Shown here one piece after another: positions 34,205 through 42,832 of a stretch of 64,000 nt of DNA. Position numbers and translations under genes: made by a program. Origin of the DNA: a virus; the IMG/VR virus record IMGVR_UViG_3300000271_000010, positions 8,958 to 72,957 of that record; one strand, given 5' to 3'. Numbering within the stretch: the first letter of the stretch is position 1; each line of letters opens with the position of its first letter. The notes beneath the pieces are model-generated. The model had not been told where the DNA came from, searched no databases, and was given only the letters and a program-made list of their open reading frames with translations.

Positions 34205-34896
34205 TCTTCGATGCCTCCTTCGATGCTCAAGGTGACCGGATCGGAAGGACCAGCGAGGGCGGCCACACCGGCGCGCTGGATAAGGTTTTGCAAGTAACCG
34301 TGGATTTCCACCTTGGCCCGTTCAGTCTGGGTCTCCATGTGTGCCCCGAACTGATCGACCACGAAGGGTGCCGATGAATTGATCTTTGCCTTGGCTTTCC
34401 GAGCCCGACCGACCAGATCATCGATCTTCTTCTTCGAGAGTCCACTGGCAAGCAATGCTGTTTCGAGATCATCGAGCGCTTCCAAGGCTTGGTCGAAGTC
34501 CTTCTGGAACTCCTTACCGAACTGATCAGCACGGCTCTCCGGGTTGGGTAGCGACGGGAGTCGTCCCTTACCAGCGATCCATTCGAGGGTGCAAGGCACG
34601 CCACTACCGTTGTTCAGGGACGACACGAAAGTCGCCCACTGTGCTTCCGAAAGCGAGAGTTGAATCAACTGCTCACGTTCGTGGTGCCAGTCGCGCGAAA
34701 GGTCGCGGTTCAACTCGCTCGTCTTGATGGTGATTGTGATGAAGCCATCGTGAGTGAAGTCCGAACCAAATAGGTTCGTCCGTCCGTTCACTCGGCTGGC
34801 ACTGATCTGACCGAACGCGGGATGTGTCGAGACAGTCCGCTCGCTTCCGCCGAAGCCTTGGGTGACAACCACAGCAGGTTCTTGAATACGGCTCAT
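34201..34896 (-). CDS. Conserved phage hypothetical protein
   Basis: HPAFGQISASRV...LFGSD...LSEAQWATFVSSLN.G.GVPCT; ATGA overlap. Confidence 0.75.
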   Translation of the reverse strand: MSRIQEPAVVVTQGFGGSERTVSTHPAFGQISASRVNGRTNLFGSDFTHDGFITITIKTSELNRDLSRDWHHEREQLIQLSLSEAQWATFVSSLNNGSGVPCTLEWIAGKGRLPSLPNPESRADQFGKEFQKDFDQALEALDDLETALLASGLSKKKIDDLVGRARKAKAKINSSAPFVVDQFGAHMETQTERAKVEIHGYLQNLIQRAGVAALAGPSDPVTLSIEGGIEE

Positions 34897-35291
34897 GCGT
34901 CTGCTTCCTCTCGGGCGATAAGGGCGAGGTCTTCGATCTGTGGGTAACGCATGTTCCCCAGTGGTCGGTCGAGACAAACCCCACCACCGGCTGCTTCGGT
35001 GAGGAAACCGATAATCACAGCCATTTCACCTTTCTTGTAGCCAGTAACGCCGGGCTTGAGGCGCACAGTCGCACCTTCTTCGATCTTGGTGCGCTTCATC
35101 TCAGCGACAAATCCCCGACGACGAACTTCGTGGATGTCTTCGGGGAGATCACACAAAACCACCGGTTGATAGTTCTTGGCTCCGCCGAAGCGTCCGGTCA
35201 CGTCATCGTAGCGCACGATCATAGCGGCCATTCCCGCGTCCTTGATGGCCTTCCGAGCAGCCCCGATGGTCTTGTATGTTTTGGGTGTCAT
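34893..35291 (-). CDS. Hypothetical protein with KOW-like C-terminus
   Basis: ATGA overlaps. Confidence 0.7.
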   Translation of the reverse strand: MTPKTYKTIGAARKAIKDAGMAAMIVRYDDVTGRFGGAKNYQPVVLCDLPEDIHEVRRRGFVAEMKRTKIEEGATVRLKPGVTGYKKGEMAVIIGFLTEAAGGGVCLDRPLGNMRYPQIEDLALIAREEADA

Positions 35292-35581
35292 ACCAGCGGC
35301 TCCGAAAGATTGAACGCATAGGCGATCAGCCAGCGACGCAGAGCGACGAACGCGCTGTCTTTGGTGCTGTGGCGGGTGCCGACGATCTCAGCCATGGTCT
35401 CGCCATCGTTTGCCGTGGCGACCACCCGCTGGCTCCACTTGTCAGTGGTGATACGGCCGATCGGTTTGCCGTTTTCGTCCTTGATGAACTGGCTGCGCTG
35501 GACGCCATCCTTGGTCTCGGTGATCTGCACCGGGACCCCGAGGATGTTCCGCTTGAAATCCATTTCCTTGTAACCCGCCAT
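35288..35581 (-). CDS. Hypothetical protein
   Basis: SD GGAGG; first gene after cassette. Confidence 0.7.
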   Translation of the reverse strand: MAGYKEMDFKRNILGVPVQITETKDGVQRSQFIKDENGKPIGRITTDKWSQRVVATANDGETMAEIVGTRHSTKDSAFVALRRWLIAYAFNLSEPLV

Positions 35582-35612
35582 GTGCTGCCTCCGATTCGTT
35601 GTTGATGACAAA

Positions 35613-35641
35613 CGAGTAGGAAGATTCATCCGGATGGTCAA
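35613..35641 (-). promoter_or_regulatory. Promoter cassette with box flipped relative to -35
   Basis: TTGACC-ATCC-GGATGAATCTTCC-TACTC. Confidence 0.75.
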
Positions 35642-35644
35642 GCG

Positions 35645-35962
35645 CTATTTTGACACATCGCTGGGATGCCAACCACGGCTTGGAAGCTTACGGTCAGGCC
35701 AGACAATTTCGGGGCCCGATTTCCAACGCCACTGGACACAACCTGTCTCTTGCACACTGCCATCAGCGAAAAGCCGATGGGATGTAAAATTATGGTAGTA
35801 GCCCCCGATAATGTAGGGCTCGCCCCATGCGTCGTAATGGACTTGAGCGTCCCAGAACTTGGCTGGAACCTGTAGGCTCCGAACATTCACGAAAGTCTTT
35901 TCGGGGACAGGCGGGCGGCGTGTTTCACCAGCGAACAACAGTCTTTGGAAGAACTTTAGCAT
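35645..35962 (-). CDS. Hypothetical protein
   Basis: ATG after GAGGA. Confidence 0.6.
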   Translation of the reverse strand: MLKFFQRLLFAGETRRPPVPEKTFVNVRSLQVPAKFWDAQVHYDAWGEPYIIGGYYHNFTSHRLFADGSVQETGCVQWRWKSGPEIVWPDRKLPSRGWHPSDVSK

Positions 35963-36207
35963 GATTCATCCTCTTCGTGGCAGCACTCTTCACATTTTCA
36001 CTCGTCGTGGTCGGCGCACATCTCGCTGATTTCGAACCACCACTCACAACCTTCGCAGCAGAAAACGAGCGAATCGATCCCATAGCAAAATGCGGTGTCG
36101 AGTTCCGCGTCTTCCATCTCGTGACGCTCTAGGACTGTCGCCAAAGACAGGCACGTCCCTTGGAGTTCGTAGGCGATGTCTTCGGCGGTCTTCGCCCACG
36201 TCGTCAC
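35956..36207 (-). pseudogene. Zn-finger protein interrupted by in-frame TGA at 35998-36000 (nonsense allele, error or readthrough)
   Basis: ...FCCEGCEWWFEISEMCADHDE*KCEECCHEEDESC*; extended frame ends overlapping next ATG. Confidence 0.5.
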
Positions 36208-36701
36208 GGCCAACCGCCTTGCATATACCAGTGACGCAGCGCCAGAGCGTCCCACGCCGCGTTGTGCTGCACAGCACCGGGCAAGGTCGTCGGATAGACA
36301 TCCAGATGACGCAGACAGACCAGATGGGTTTCGTTCCCCATCGGCACGCCGGTTCCGGGACCGGTAATAAGCAGGTTCATCAAGTCAGCGATGTCGCTCA
36401 TCCAGTCAGCATAGATCGTCGGAAGCGTGCCCTTGAAATAAATCATGCTGGCGATCGCTTCTCCCCACATGCTGGAAGGCATGTGATATTGACACGTATT
36501 GGGCGGGGTCAAGTAAAGAACTGGTAAGACGTTCTGTTCCACCCAAGGATCGAGCGTCTTGGTCATGATCAGGTCTTGGACCTTCGCGTCGTCGATGAAG
36601 TAAAGGCTCTTTCCATCTTGGCGCGTGATGGCGGCCGAGATAAGATCACCTTGATACCCATTGAACTCGGTGTCGAAGAAAAAGCGCGTGTTCATGTTCA
36701 T
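36204..36701 (-). CDS. DEDD 3'-5' exoribonuclease (Rv2179c-like)
   Basis: FFFDTEF, LISAAI, WVEQNVLP, ADW..D, HNAAWDA. Confidence 0.82.
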   Translation of the reverse strand: MNMNTRFFFDTEFNGYQGDLISAAITRQDGKSLYFIDDAKVQDLIMTKTLDPWVEQNVLPVLYLTPPNTCQYHMPSSMWGEAIASMIYFKGTLPTIYADWMSDIADLMNLLITGPGTGVPMGNETHLVCLRHLDVYPTTLPGAVQHNAAWDALALRHWYMQGGWP

Positions 36702-37192
36702 TCCTCCAAATCTATCAAGGACACCCAGATCGTAAAATCGGCTTCCTTACCGTCGAAAAATAGCCGATAGCTTGATGTAGGGCACTCGTTATCGGTGCGT
36801 TCGACACGCATGGTTGGGCCACTGAACCGGCGGGCGACGTAAGCGTGGGCCTTCTCGATGTTAAGGCACACAGCTTCTGGGTTCTCCGGGCCGACGTTCT
36901 CGCCGTCGTCGAAGATGGTCGAGACCAACACCACTTGCTTGCGTCCATCCTGCATCAGCACATGATCCGGGAAGTCCATGAACGTAAAGCCGCAGGGATC
37001 GGAGTAGAGGGTGATCGGATCGGGATCGACGGCACCACGCGCTGATGTGTAGAGACCGAGACAGGCTTGCTCGATCACCTTCACCAGACTGGCATGTTCG
37101 GTCGGTAGGATACCGCATACGCTCCCGTTCTCCCGCTCCCACTGAGCGATCGCTTCGAGGATCGGTCGGCCATGTCGTTCGATGTTGGTCAT
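36698..37192 (-). CDS. Hypothetical protein
   Basis: TGATG/ATGA overlaps. Confidence 0.65.
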   Translation of the reverse strand: MTNIERHGRPILEAIAQWERENGSVCGILPTEHASLVKVIEQACLGLYTSARGAVDPDPITLYSDPCGFTFMDFPDHVLMQDGRKQVVLVSTIFDDGENVGPENPEAVCLNIEKAHAYVARRFSGPTMRVERTDNECPTSSYRLFFDGKEADFTIWVSLIDLEE

Positions 37193-37584
37193 CAGCGCAT
37201 TCTCGCCTTCGCTATCCGAATCCAGAACTCTTCTGGTGCCATCTCCGTAACCTGCTTTCGGTCTTCCCGTGCCTTGGCAACCTGCTTCTCCATGAGGTCG
37301 GGATCACCTTCATTGAGGTCTTTGATGACTTCTTCCAGAGTTTCACCCACGACAGCGCCGGTAGTGAACTCAACCACCAAGGTGATTCCGGCCGGTCCGT
37401 GGCACAAAGCTACGGCGTGCCCGGTCGGGTGCCAGATGGGGTCGTCGCAGTCGAGCCACGCGCCGCCCGGACGCCAAACAGAGCCACCCATGGTGAACGG
37501 GAAGTAGCATGGTGTCCACGCAAGCACCCGGTTGGTTGGAATCCCGTGTGCCCGGAGCATTTCGAGAGTTGATGCCATGCTCAT
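37192..37584 (-). CDS. Hypothetical protein
   Basis: Tiles operon. Confidence 0.7.
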   Translation of the reverse strand: MSMASTLEMLRAHGIPTNRVLAWTPCYFPFTMGGSVWRPGGAWLDCDDPIWHPTGHAVALCHGPAGITLVVEFTTGAVVGETLEEVIKDLNEGDPDLMEKQVAKAREDRKQVTEMAPEEFWIRIAKARMR

Positions 37585-37585
37585 A

Positions 37586-37921
37586 TCAGGTCCCCAGCGC
37601 CCTGCCACGATTAGCCATCATGTAGGCCAATGCATCGGCGTTCTTCTCGGTTTCGCGGATGGTCTTCATCGTGTTCTGGGCGATCAGGATCAGTTCCTCC
37701 CGGATTGCGAGCAAGTCTTCGGTGCTGGGCTCACCAGCGATGAACATGAAGCGATCAACTTTCCGGAAGCGCGGCTCGCCCCAGCTACCATCCGGTTGCA
37801 GGACAGCAACTTGCAACCGATACTCGGTTGCCTTCACCACCTTCACCACGGTGTAGTGATAATTAACAGCGCTGTGGTCGATGATCCCGAGATCGCCGGT
37901 GTTTGGTTTTATGTTAGGCAT
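37586..37921 (-). CDS. Hypothetical protein
   Basis: TGATG overlap after GGAGG. Confidence 0.7.
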   Translation of the reverse strand: MPNIKPNTGDLGIIDHSAVNYHYTVVKVVKATEYRLQVAVLQPDGSWGEPRFRKVDRFMFIAGEPSTEDLLAIREELILIAQNTMKTIRETEKNADALAYMMANRGRALGT

Positions 37922-38115
37922 CAGATACCTCCTTGCGCTTGGAAGTAGGCTCGATCTTCCCGATCGATTCGCTTGCCCTTGATCGCACCTTCGTCGTGGG
38001 CGTCGAGGTATGCCTTCCGCTCCGCGCCGGTGAAGTCACGGGGATCAGCCGGGTATCCGTAATAGCCATCAGACAGGCCGGTGCGGCGAGCGCATTTGAT
38101 GAGATCGTCGTCCAT
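37921..38115 (-). CDS. Hypothetical protein (64 aa)
   Basis: TGATG overlap. Confidence 0.65.
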   Translation of the reverse strand: MDDDLIKCARRTGLSDGYYGYPADPRDFTGAERKAYLDAHDEGAIKGKRIDREDRAYFQAQGGI

Positions 38116-38258
38116 CAGCGATGTGCCTCCCAGTCAGCAGCCAGCCGGCGAAGCTCGGCGGCGATTTCCTTCGAGGATAGAACACCGGCCGCATGATCGC
38201 AGGCGGAGTCGATCTCATCTTCCAGCCGCTGGACGGCTTCGGCGTAACTGGTGTCCAT
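38115..38258 (-). CDS. Hypothetical protein (47 aa)
   Basis: MDTSYAEAVQRLEDEIDSACD...; SD GGAG; first gene after cassette. Confidence 0.6.
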   Translation of the reverse strand: MDTSYAEAVQRLEDEIDSACDHAAGVLSSKEIAAELRRLAADWEAHR

Positions 38259-38287
38259 GTCATCTCCGATTCGTTGTTGATGCGAAT

Positions 38288-38316
38288 CGGATAGGACAAA
38301 TCTTCCTAGTCGTCAA
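38288..38316 (-). promoter_or_regulatory. Repeated boxed promoter cassette
   Basis: TTGACG-ACTA-GGAAGATTTGTCC-TATCC; hairpin CCGATTCG/CGAATCGG. Confidence 0.85.
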
Positions 38317-38804
38317 ACAGTTTGTTTGAGAACGACGCCTTGCAAGGTGAGTGTGATGATCTGATCAGTGAGATCGGAAAGGTAGCCGTCTCGTCCCTGC
38401 ACCGAAACGTCTCTGACGACGTAACACTGGCCCTCAAAGGAAACAGTCTCACGGTTGTAGAACAACTCCTCCGCTTGGCTGTTCATATCCATGACATCCA
38501 GCACAGCGATCCGTTCGTGCTGCATCCGCTGTTTGCGGATTGATACATCAGAGGAGACAATACCAAGACTCTCGATCTTGAACATCCCCTCATGTGCTGC
38601 CGAAGCTCCTTCGGTCCGCCGGTCGTTAGCTGCTTCGACCTCAAGATACGCGCCGTAAAGCTCGTCTCGGGTCATGGCGAGTTTTTGACGCAACTTGCGT
38701 CGGAAAAGAATCACATCGCAGAACCGACGCCAGCGTGTGTCTCCCAAATCAGGGGGAGCCACCGGGCGAGGCGTAACGACGATTGGGTGGTGGCTCAGCA
38801 TCAT
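38313..38804 (-). CDS. Hypothetical protein
   Basis: ATGA overlap. Confidence 0.65.
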   Translation of the reverse strand: MMLSHHPIVVTPRPVAPPDLGDTRWRRFCDVILFRRKLRQKLAMTRDELYGAYLEVEAANDRRTEGASAAHEGMFKIESLGIVSSDVSIRKQRMQHERIAVLDVMDMNSQAEELFYNRETVSFEGQCYVVRDVSVQGRDGYLSDLTDQIITLTLQGVVLKQTV

Positions 38805-39259
38805 GCTCCCCATGTCCGCTTCTTGTCGTCTTCGTCCCGCTCGTCGGACCACGCCACAGCGTTGTTGATCAGAGCCTCCAGCGTCTCACCGAAGATCAGC
38901 TTGTGGTAGGTATGTCCCCACGAGAAAGAAGCAGAGTTGTCCGACGTGTAGGTCAGAACAGGGGTAGAGAACACGCCGAGATAACCGGAGATGCCTTTGC
39001 GATGGGCCTTCGATGAGACCATATCCAACGCTTCTGAGAACTCACTTCCGTCGCTACCAGAGAAGAGATAGTCCAGTTCTTCCTCGTCCCAGTCCTTGAT
39101 AAGTTCAGCCAAGGGTTCGGGAAGATCGCCGGCACTATCAGCCATCATGTCGATGGTTTCGGCCAGTTCTTCTCCACCATTCCAAGCCGGGAACAACCAC
39201 ATCTTGTCCAGACGCAAGTTGTTTTCAAAGAGGTGATCAGTCGCTTCCATCGGTGTCAT
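38801..39259 (-). CDS. Acidic hypothetical protein
   Basis: Tiles operon. Confidence 0.7.
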   Translation of the reverse strand: MTPMEATDHLFENNLRLDKMWLFPAWNGGEELAETIDMMADSAGDLPEPLAELIKDWDEEELDYLFSGSDGSEFSEALDMVSSKAHRKGISGYLGVFSTPVLTYTSDNSASFSWGHTYHKLIFGETLEALINNAVAWSDERDEDDKKRTWGA

Positions 39260-39260
39260 T

Positions 39261-39536
39261 TTATCGGTCCTCAAATCTGGCGTCAGCCGCTGCATCTTCC
39301 CAGCGATCGATCAAGTCAATCGCAAACTCCAAAGCGGCAGCTTCCTTCCGGAATAATTCCGCCCGCGTTCGATTACGTTCGATCTCTTTTCTGTGGTATA
39401 TCGCATTATAACCATCGGCCTTCGCAAGCGATATTGTTGCGAACCGCTCACCGAATCCGCAGGATCGCACTTGCTTGTTAGCGTGTTCCAGCAGATGGAT
39501 CAAACGCTCGCGGTGTGCTTGCGACTCCTCGCTCAT
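39261..39536 (-). CDS. Hypothetical protein
   Basis: ATGA overlap. Confidence 0.65.
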   Translation of the reverse strand: MSEESQAHRERLIHLLEHANKQVRSCGFGERFATISLAKADGYNAIYHRKEIERNRTRAELFRKEAAALEFAIDLIDRWEDAAADARFEDR

Positions 39537-39889
39537 GAACGACCCAGCAACCGTCCGAGGGCACTGATCTGGCGCACCCGGTCGTCATATTCCAGATAGT
39601 CGAAGCCACCGTCAGCCAAATCGTCATGGAGTGCGTTGAGGTCGGCCGCGTCTTGATAGCTCGGCCACTGTGCGATCCGCTTGAGGGTGCTGCCCATCGT
39701 AGCGGCGACCTCACAGTGTGTTGCGTCGATCCCGTAGGTCGTGATGTGTTCACCGCTCGGGAGTGGGTTTTCGCCTACGCGCCGGGCAAGGACCACGACC
39801 TGATCGTAGCCATACTTCTTGGCGATCGCTTCGGCCGCCTTAATGGGGATCGGCAGTAGGGGTCGGTTTGGATCAGTCTTCACCGGCAT
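39533..39889 (-). CDS. Hypothetical protein
   Basis: ATG after GGAG; IAKKYGYDQVVV motif. Confidence 0.65.
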   Translation of the reverse strand: MPVKTDPNRPLLPIPIKAAEAIAKKYGYDQVVVLARRVGENPLPSGEHITTYGIDATHCEVAATMGSTLKRIAQWPSYQDAADLNALHDDLADGGFDYLEYDDRVRQISALGRLLGRS

Positions 39890-40106
39890 TACGTAGCTCC
39901 CAAAGTTGTTTCTGAGGGCGCTCGCAAAGTCCCTCTCGGTGCATCGCGTCGTGCGTGGCACCATATCGGCTCACCTTGGCAAACGCCTCTGGGTGACCAC
40001 AATAGAGGTCACTGTCTGGCTCCCAACCGCAATGCTGGCACTTCGTGCAATGCTTCTTCTCGATCGCTTCGCGGTTCCAGCGCTCGGTGGGTGTCTCAGC
40101 GATCAT
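39873..40106 (-). CDS. Cys-rich hypothetical protein
   Basis: CTKCQHC...YCGHP...C. Confidence 0.55.
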   Translation of the reverse strand: MIAETPTERWNREAIEKKHCTKCQHCGWEPDSDLYCGHPEAFAKVSRYGATHDAMHREGLCERPQKQLWELRNAGED

Positions 40107-40368
40107 ACTGGCTTTCGATCGAGTTACCAAAGCGGTCTTCGCCGTGGGATCGGCGGGGTGGTGTTGACCGCTTTACTGGTGCTAATCCGTTCTTCGTCAT
40201 GTCAGTCAACCAACACACCACCTCTGGGTCGCTGATGGCGCTCTGGAGGGCGATGCGGTCGAACTCGTGACTATTCCCGCTCATCATCTCATCAGCGTGA
40301 ACAGCGATCGAGGCCAGCTTGCAGAGAAGCGCTGGAGAAGGATTCAGGAACGTGTTTGTAGCTTCCAT
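40096..40368 (-). CDS. Hypothetical protein
   Basis: LLCKLASIAVHADE motif; tiles operon. Confidence 0.6.
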   Translation of the reverse strand: MEATNTFLNPSPALLCKLASIAVHADEMMSGNSHEFDRIALQSAISDPEVVCWLTDMTKNGLAPVKRSTPPRRSHGEDRFGNSIESQYDR

Positions 40369-40385
40369 TACATTTGATCCTTCTT

Positions 40386-40709
40386 CTAGTCTGTGATCTT
40401 TTCGTTGGACCACTTCTCATATCTGAGAATCATTTCCATGGCGTTCTCGCGCCAATAGGCGAAAGTGGTTTCTGATTTCCAACCACTGGAGGTGGAATGA
40501 CTCATCTGATCAACGATCTTGTTCGTGTTAGAGAGTCCTGCATAGACCACCAAGTTCCAGAAGTAGTCCTCATAGCATTCGTATCCAGCGCTTCCGGGGA
40601 CGACCTTGAGGAGTGTGACTTCCACCAAGTAGCTTTTTTCATAAACTCCGGACCACATGACTTGTCCTTCCCGGCCGTCCACGTATGGTTGTCTTTTGCG
40701 GCCGAACAT
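40386..40709 (-). CDS. Hypothetical protein
   Basis: TGATG overlap. Confidence 0.6.
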   Translation of the reverse strand: MFGRKRQPYVDGREGQVMWSGVYEKSYLVEVTLLKVVPGSAGYECYEDYFWNLVVYAGLSNTNKIVDQMSHSTSSGWKSETTFAYWRENAMEMILRYEKWSNEKITD

Positions 40710-40948
40710 CAGGAAACCACCGTGGTCTTGTAATCGCACTTGTGACCATCGAACTCTACCGGTTCCTGTGCGATGATATACCAGTCAGGCGCTCTCGTCA
40801 TCGGCGGGTTGTGTTTGGTGTTGTAGGCTTCCCGGAACGCCTGCGCTTCCGCGAGAGTGTCGAAAGGACCGGCGTAGCCGTCGATCTTCGATCCCCAGCC
40901 GCGTTCGCTTTCATACATCGGGACGACGTAGGTGGTGTTGTTATTCAT
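40709..40948 (-). CDS. Hypothetical protein
   Basis: ESERGWGSKID motif; ATGA overlap. Confidence 0.7.
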   Translation of the reverse strand: MNNNTTYVVPMYESERGWGSKIDGYAGPFDTLAEAQAFREAYNTKHNPPMTRAPDWYIIAQEPVEFDGHKCDYKTTVVS

Positions 40949-41052
40949 CGGAATGCCTCCCAAAGCCAATTTTTATACATCCTTCGATCCAGTAGGATAG
41001 CGAAGATCGCACCGAAAAATGTGCAGAGAATAGTGGCGAGAGTCAGGTTCAT
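40945..41052 (-). CDS. 35-aa single-TM peptide
   Basis: MNLTLATILCTFFGAIFAILLDRRMYKNWLWEAFR*; ATGA overlaps both sides. Confidence 0.6.
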   Translation of the reverse strand: MNLTLATILCTFFGAIFAILLDRRMYKNWLWEAFR

Positions 41053-41258
41053 GAAATGACTTCCTTCCGCTCGTTCCACCCAAACCGGTTTGTCCCATAG
41101 TCATAGATATGCATGACTAGTCCAATCACCGGGTCTGGTCCTACAACTCCAATCATCTTACAGGAATGGCGGCCGTTCGCCTTGATCCGATCAACCTGCC
41201 AATCTCCCAGAATTTTCCGAGCGTGGTTTTCGTCTTCGTATCCGAAGAATTGACTCAT
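41049..41258 (-). CDS. Hypothetical protein
   Basis: ATGA overlap. Confidence 0.55.
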   Translation of the reverse strand: MSQFFGYEDENHARKILGDWQVDRIKANGRHSCKMIGVVGPDPVIGLVMHIYDYGTNRFGWNERKEVIS

Positions 41259-41758
41259 GAGAAGAACCCCTTGAGCCCGGAGCCCGACTTGCGCGGCTCC
41301 TTCTTGCACTTGAAGGTGTCAGCCAGTTGCCATGTGATGGTAAAGCCGCGATACGACTTGACGAACTTGAGCTTCGCCCATGTGATGTGCCAGCCTTCGG
41401 GGTCCGTAGCCTTCTTGCCGGGTTCGACGTGATGGACACAAAACAAGGCAAAGTTCCACCGGCGGTGCATTGCCCATTCTGGTGTGGGAGCCTGTCGGCC
41501 GTAGTGGTAGAATGCCCAGCCTGTGCCCGGACCCTTACTGAACAAGCGTGCGTGGCCTGCTTCTTCCTTCATGTTATCAGAGCGATAGTAGAGCCGTCCC
41601 CAGCGCGTGATCTTGAACTGAGAACCACGGCTCAAAGGATCAGGCGTCGTGCGTTGGATGCCGAAATGCTCGCGGATCATCGCGAAGCCATCGAAGCTAT
41701 CCTTGAAGTCACGCACCGGCTCTTTGAGGCCGCCGTCATCTGGATATTTGTGTCTCAT
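41255..41758 (-). CDS. Hypothetical aromatic-rich protein
   Basis: Tiles operon. Confidence 0.55.
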   Translation of the reverse strand: MRHKYPDDGGLKEPVRDFKDSFDGFAMIREHFGIQRTTPDPLSRGSQFKITRWGRLYYRSDNMKEEAGHARLFSKGPGTGWAFYHYGRQAPTPEWAMHRRWNFALFCVHHVEPGKKATDPEGWHITWAKLKFVKSYRGFTITWQLADTFKCKKEPRKSGSGLKGFFS

Positions 41759-41783
41759 AGGATGCTCCGGAATGAGGGGGTTA

Positions 41784-41810
41784 GCAGAGGCGCGATGGTC
41801 GCGCCCCTGC
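41784..41810 (-). other. GC-rich hairpin after lipoprotein stop (no U-tract)
   Basis: GCAGGGGCGCGA-cca-TCGCGCCTCTGC on minus strand. Confidence 0.5.
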
Positions 41811-41817
41811 TCGTTGG

Positions 41818-42420
41818 TTACTGGCGCTGAGGCACCACGCTGGTTTCCTTGGCGTCGGTGACCTTCGCCGGGTCCACGTCGCCGGGGCACGGGACAGAGA
41901 CCGCAGTCGCCGGGAGCTTGTTCGGGGTGGTCACCACGTCCGGCTCGATCAGCGCCGTGCGGGCCTTGCCAGTCAGAGGGTCCACGATGTTGACGATCGT
42001 CGCCGCACCACTTTCAGGCATGAAGAGGCCGTTGGGCTCCGGCTGAGCCTGCTCGAAGATGCCGACTTCATCAGCGTAGCCTTCGCTGTGCATCCGGATG
42101 CGTTGCGGGTAGGTCGGCGTTGTGAACTGCGTGCCGAGGCTGACGCCGTAACCGACAGCCTGCCCGAGGCACACAAAGCGGCCGTCGATCGCCTGAGTGT
42201 AGACGTAGACGAGTGTCGTCTGGTCCATGTCCTCATAGGCGTTCTTGAGGAGCTTGCGCTGGGCGTAGTTGGCGATGCGGGGCATCCCGATCTCGCGATC
42301 GGCCGTGTCCATGGCAGTGCGGGTTGCGTCTGCCTGCCGGGTTGCCGCCGGGTTTGTGTCGGTGCGGCCACAGGCGGCGAGCGACAGAGCGAGGGCGATG
42401 ATGCTGGTGAGCTTCTTCAT
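41818..42420 (-). CDS. Predicted lipoprotein
   Basis: MKKLTSIIALALSLAAC lipobox; QPEPNGLF motif. Confidence 0.82.
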   Translation of the reverse strand: MKKLTSIIALALSLAACGRTDTNPAATRQADATRTAMDTADREIGMPRIANYAQRKLLKNAYEDMDQTTLVYVYTQAIDGRFVCLGQAVGYGVSLGTQFTTPTYPQRIRMHSEGYADEVGIFEQAQPEPNGLFMPESGAATIVNIVDPLTGKARTALIEPDVVTTPNKLPATAVSVPCPGDVDPAKVTDAKETSVVPQRQ

Positions 42421-42424
42421 GGTA

Positions 42425-42760
42425 TCAGTTTCCGATCTGCGCGGTGCAGCGCTGGTTGGAAGGCGTGAGATCGCCTTCGTAGGTGTCGAGGGTGGTTGCG
42501 ATCAGGTCTTCCAGCGCCTTACGGGCCGGTCCTTCGGTGGTGGCGAGATCACGGCAATAGCGAGCGATGTCGCGGTTGATCCCCTGCTGGTATGCCCGGC
42601 TGTTGTCGTAGACCTGCGCCGAGGTTTCAGCGTCGAATTTCTGTGCTTCGCGGTTGACCACTTTGCTGACCGCAAAGAGCGGGAGCAAGAACACCCACGC
42701 GAGGGTGAAGCCAAGCGCCGCAAGGGCCAAAGCCGCTATCAGTTTTCCATATTCTTTCAT
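42425..42760 (-). CDS. Membrane-anchored protein (partner of lipoprotein)
   Basis: N-terminal TM then helical region; SD AGGAGA; first gene after cassette. Confidence 0.78.
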   Translation of the reverse strand: MKEYGKLIAALALAALGFTLAWVFLLPLFAVSKVVNREAQKFDAETSAQVYDNSRAYQQGINRDIARYCRDLATTEGPARKALEDLIATTLDTYEGDLTPSNQRCTAQIGN

Positions 42761-42803
42761 CTGTTATTGTCTCCTGTTGCTCTACCCTCAGTGGGTGGCG
42801 AAT

Positions 42804-42832
42804 CGATTAGGACGATTCTTCCGGCTCGTCAA
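42804..42832 (-). promoter_or_regulatory. Repeated boxed promoter cassette
   Basis: TTGACG-AGCC-GGAAGAATCGTCC-TAATC; lies inside the last codons of the upstream gene. Confidence 0.85.

Noticed and set aside
35998-36040. Selenocysteine insertion at the in-frame TGA linked to the phage SerRS
   Set aside because: No SECIS-like hairpin seen after the UGA, position is not a Cys-pattern site (Trp fits better), and no sel genes in window.
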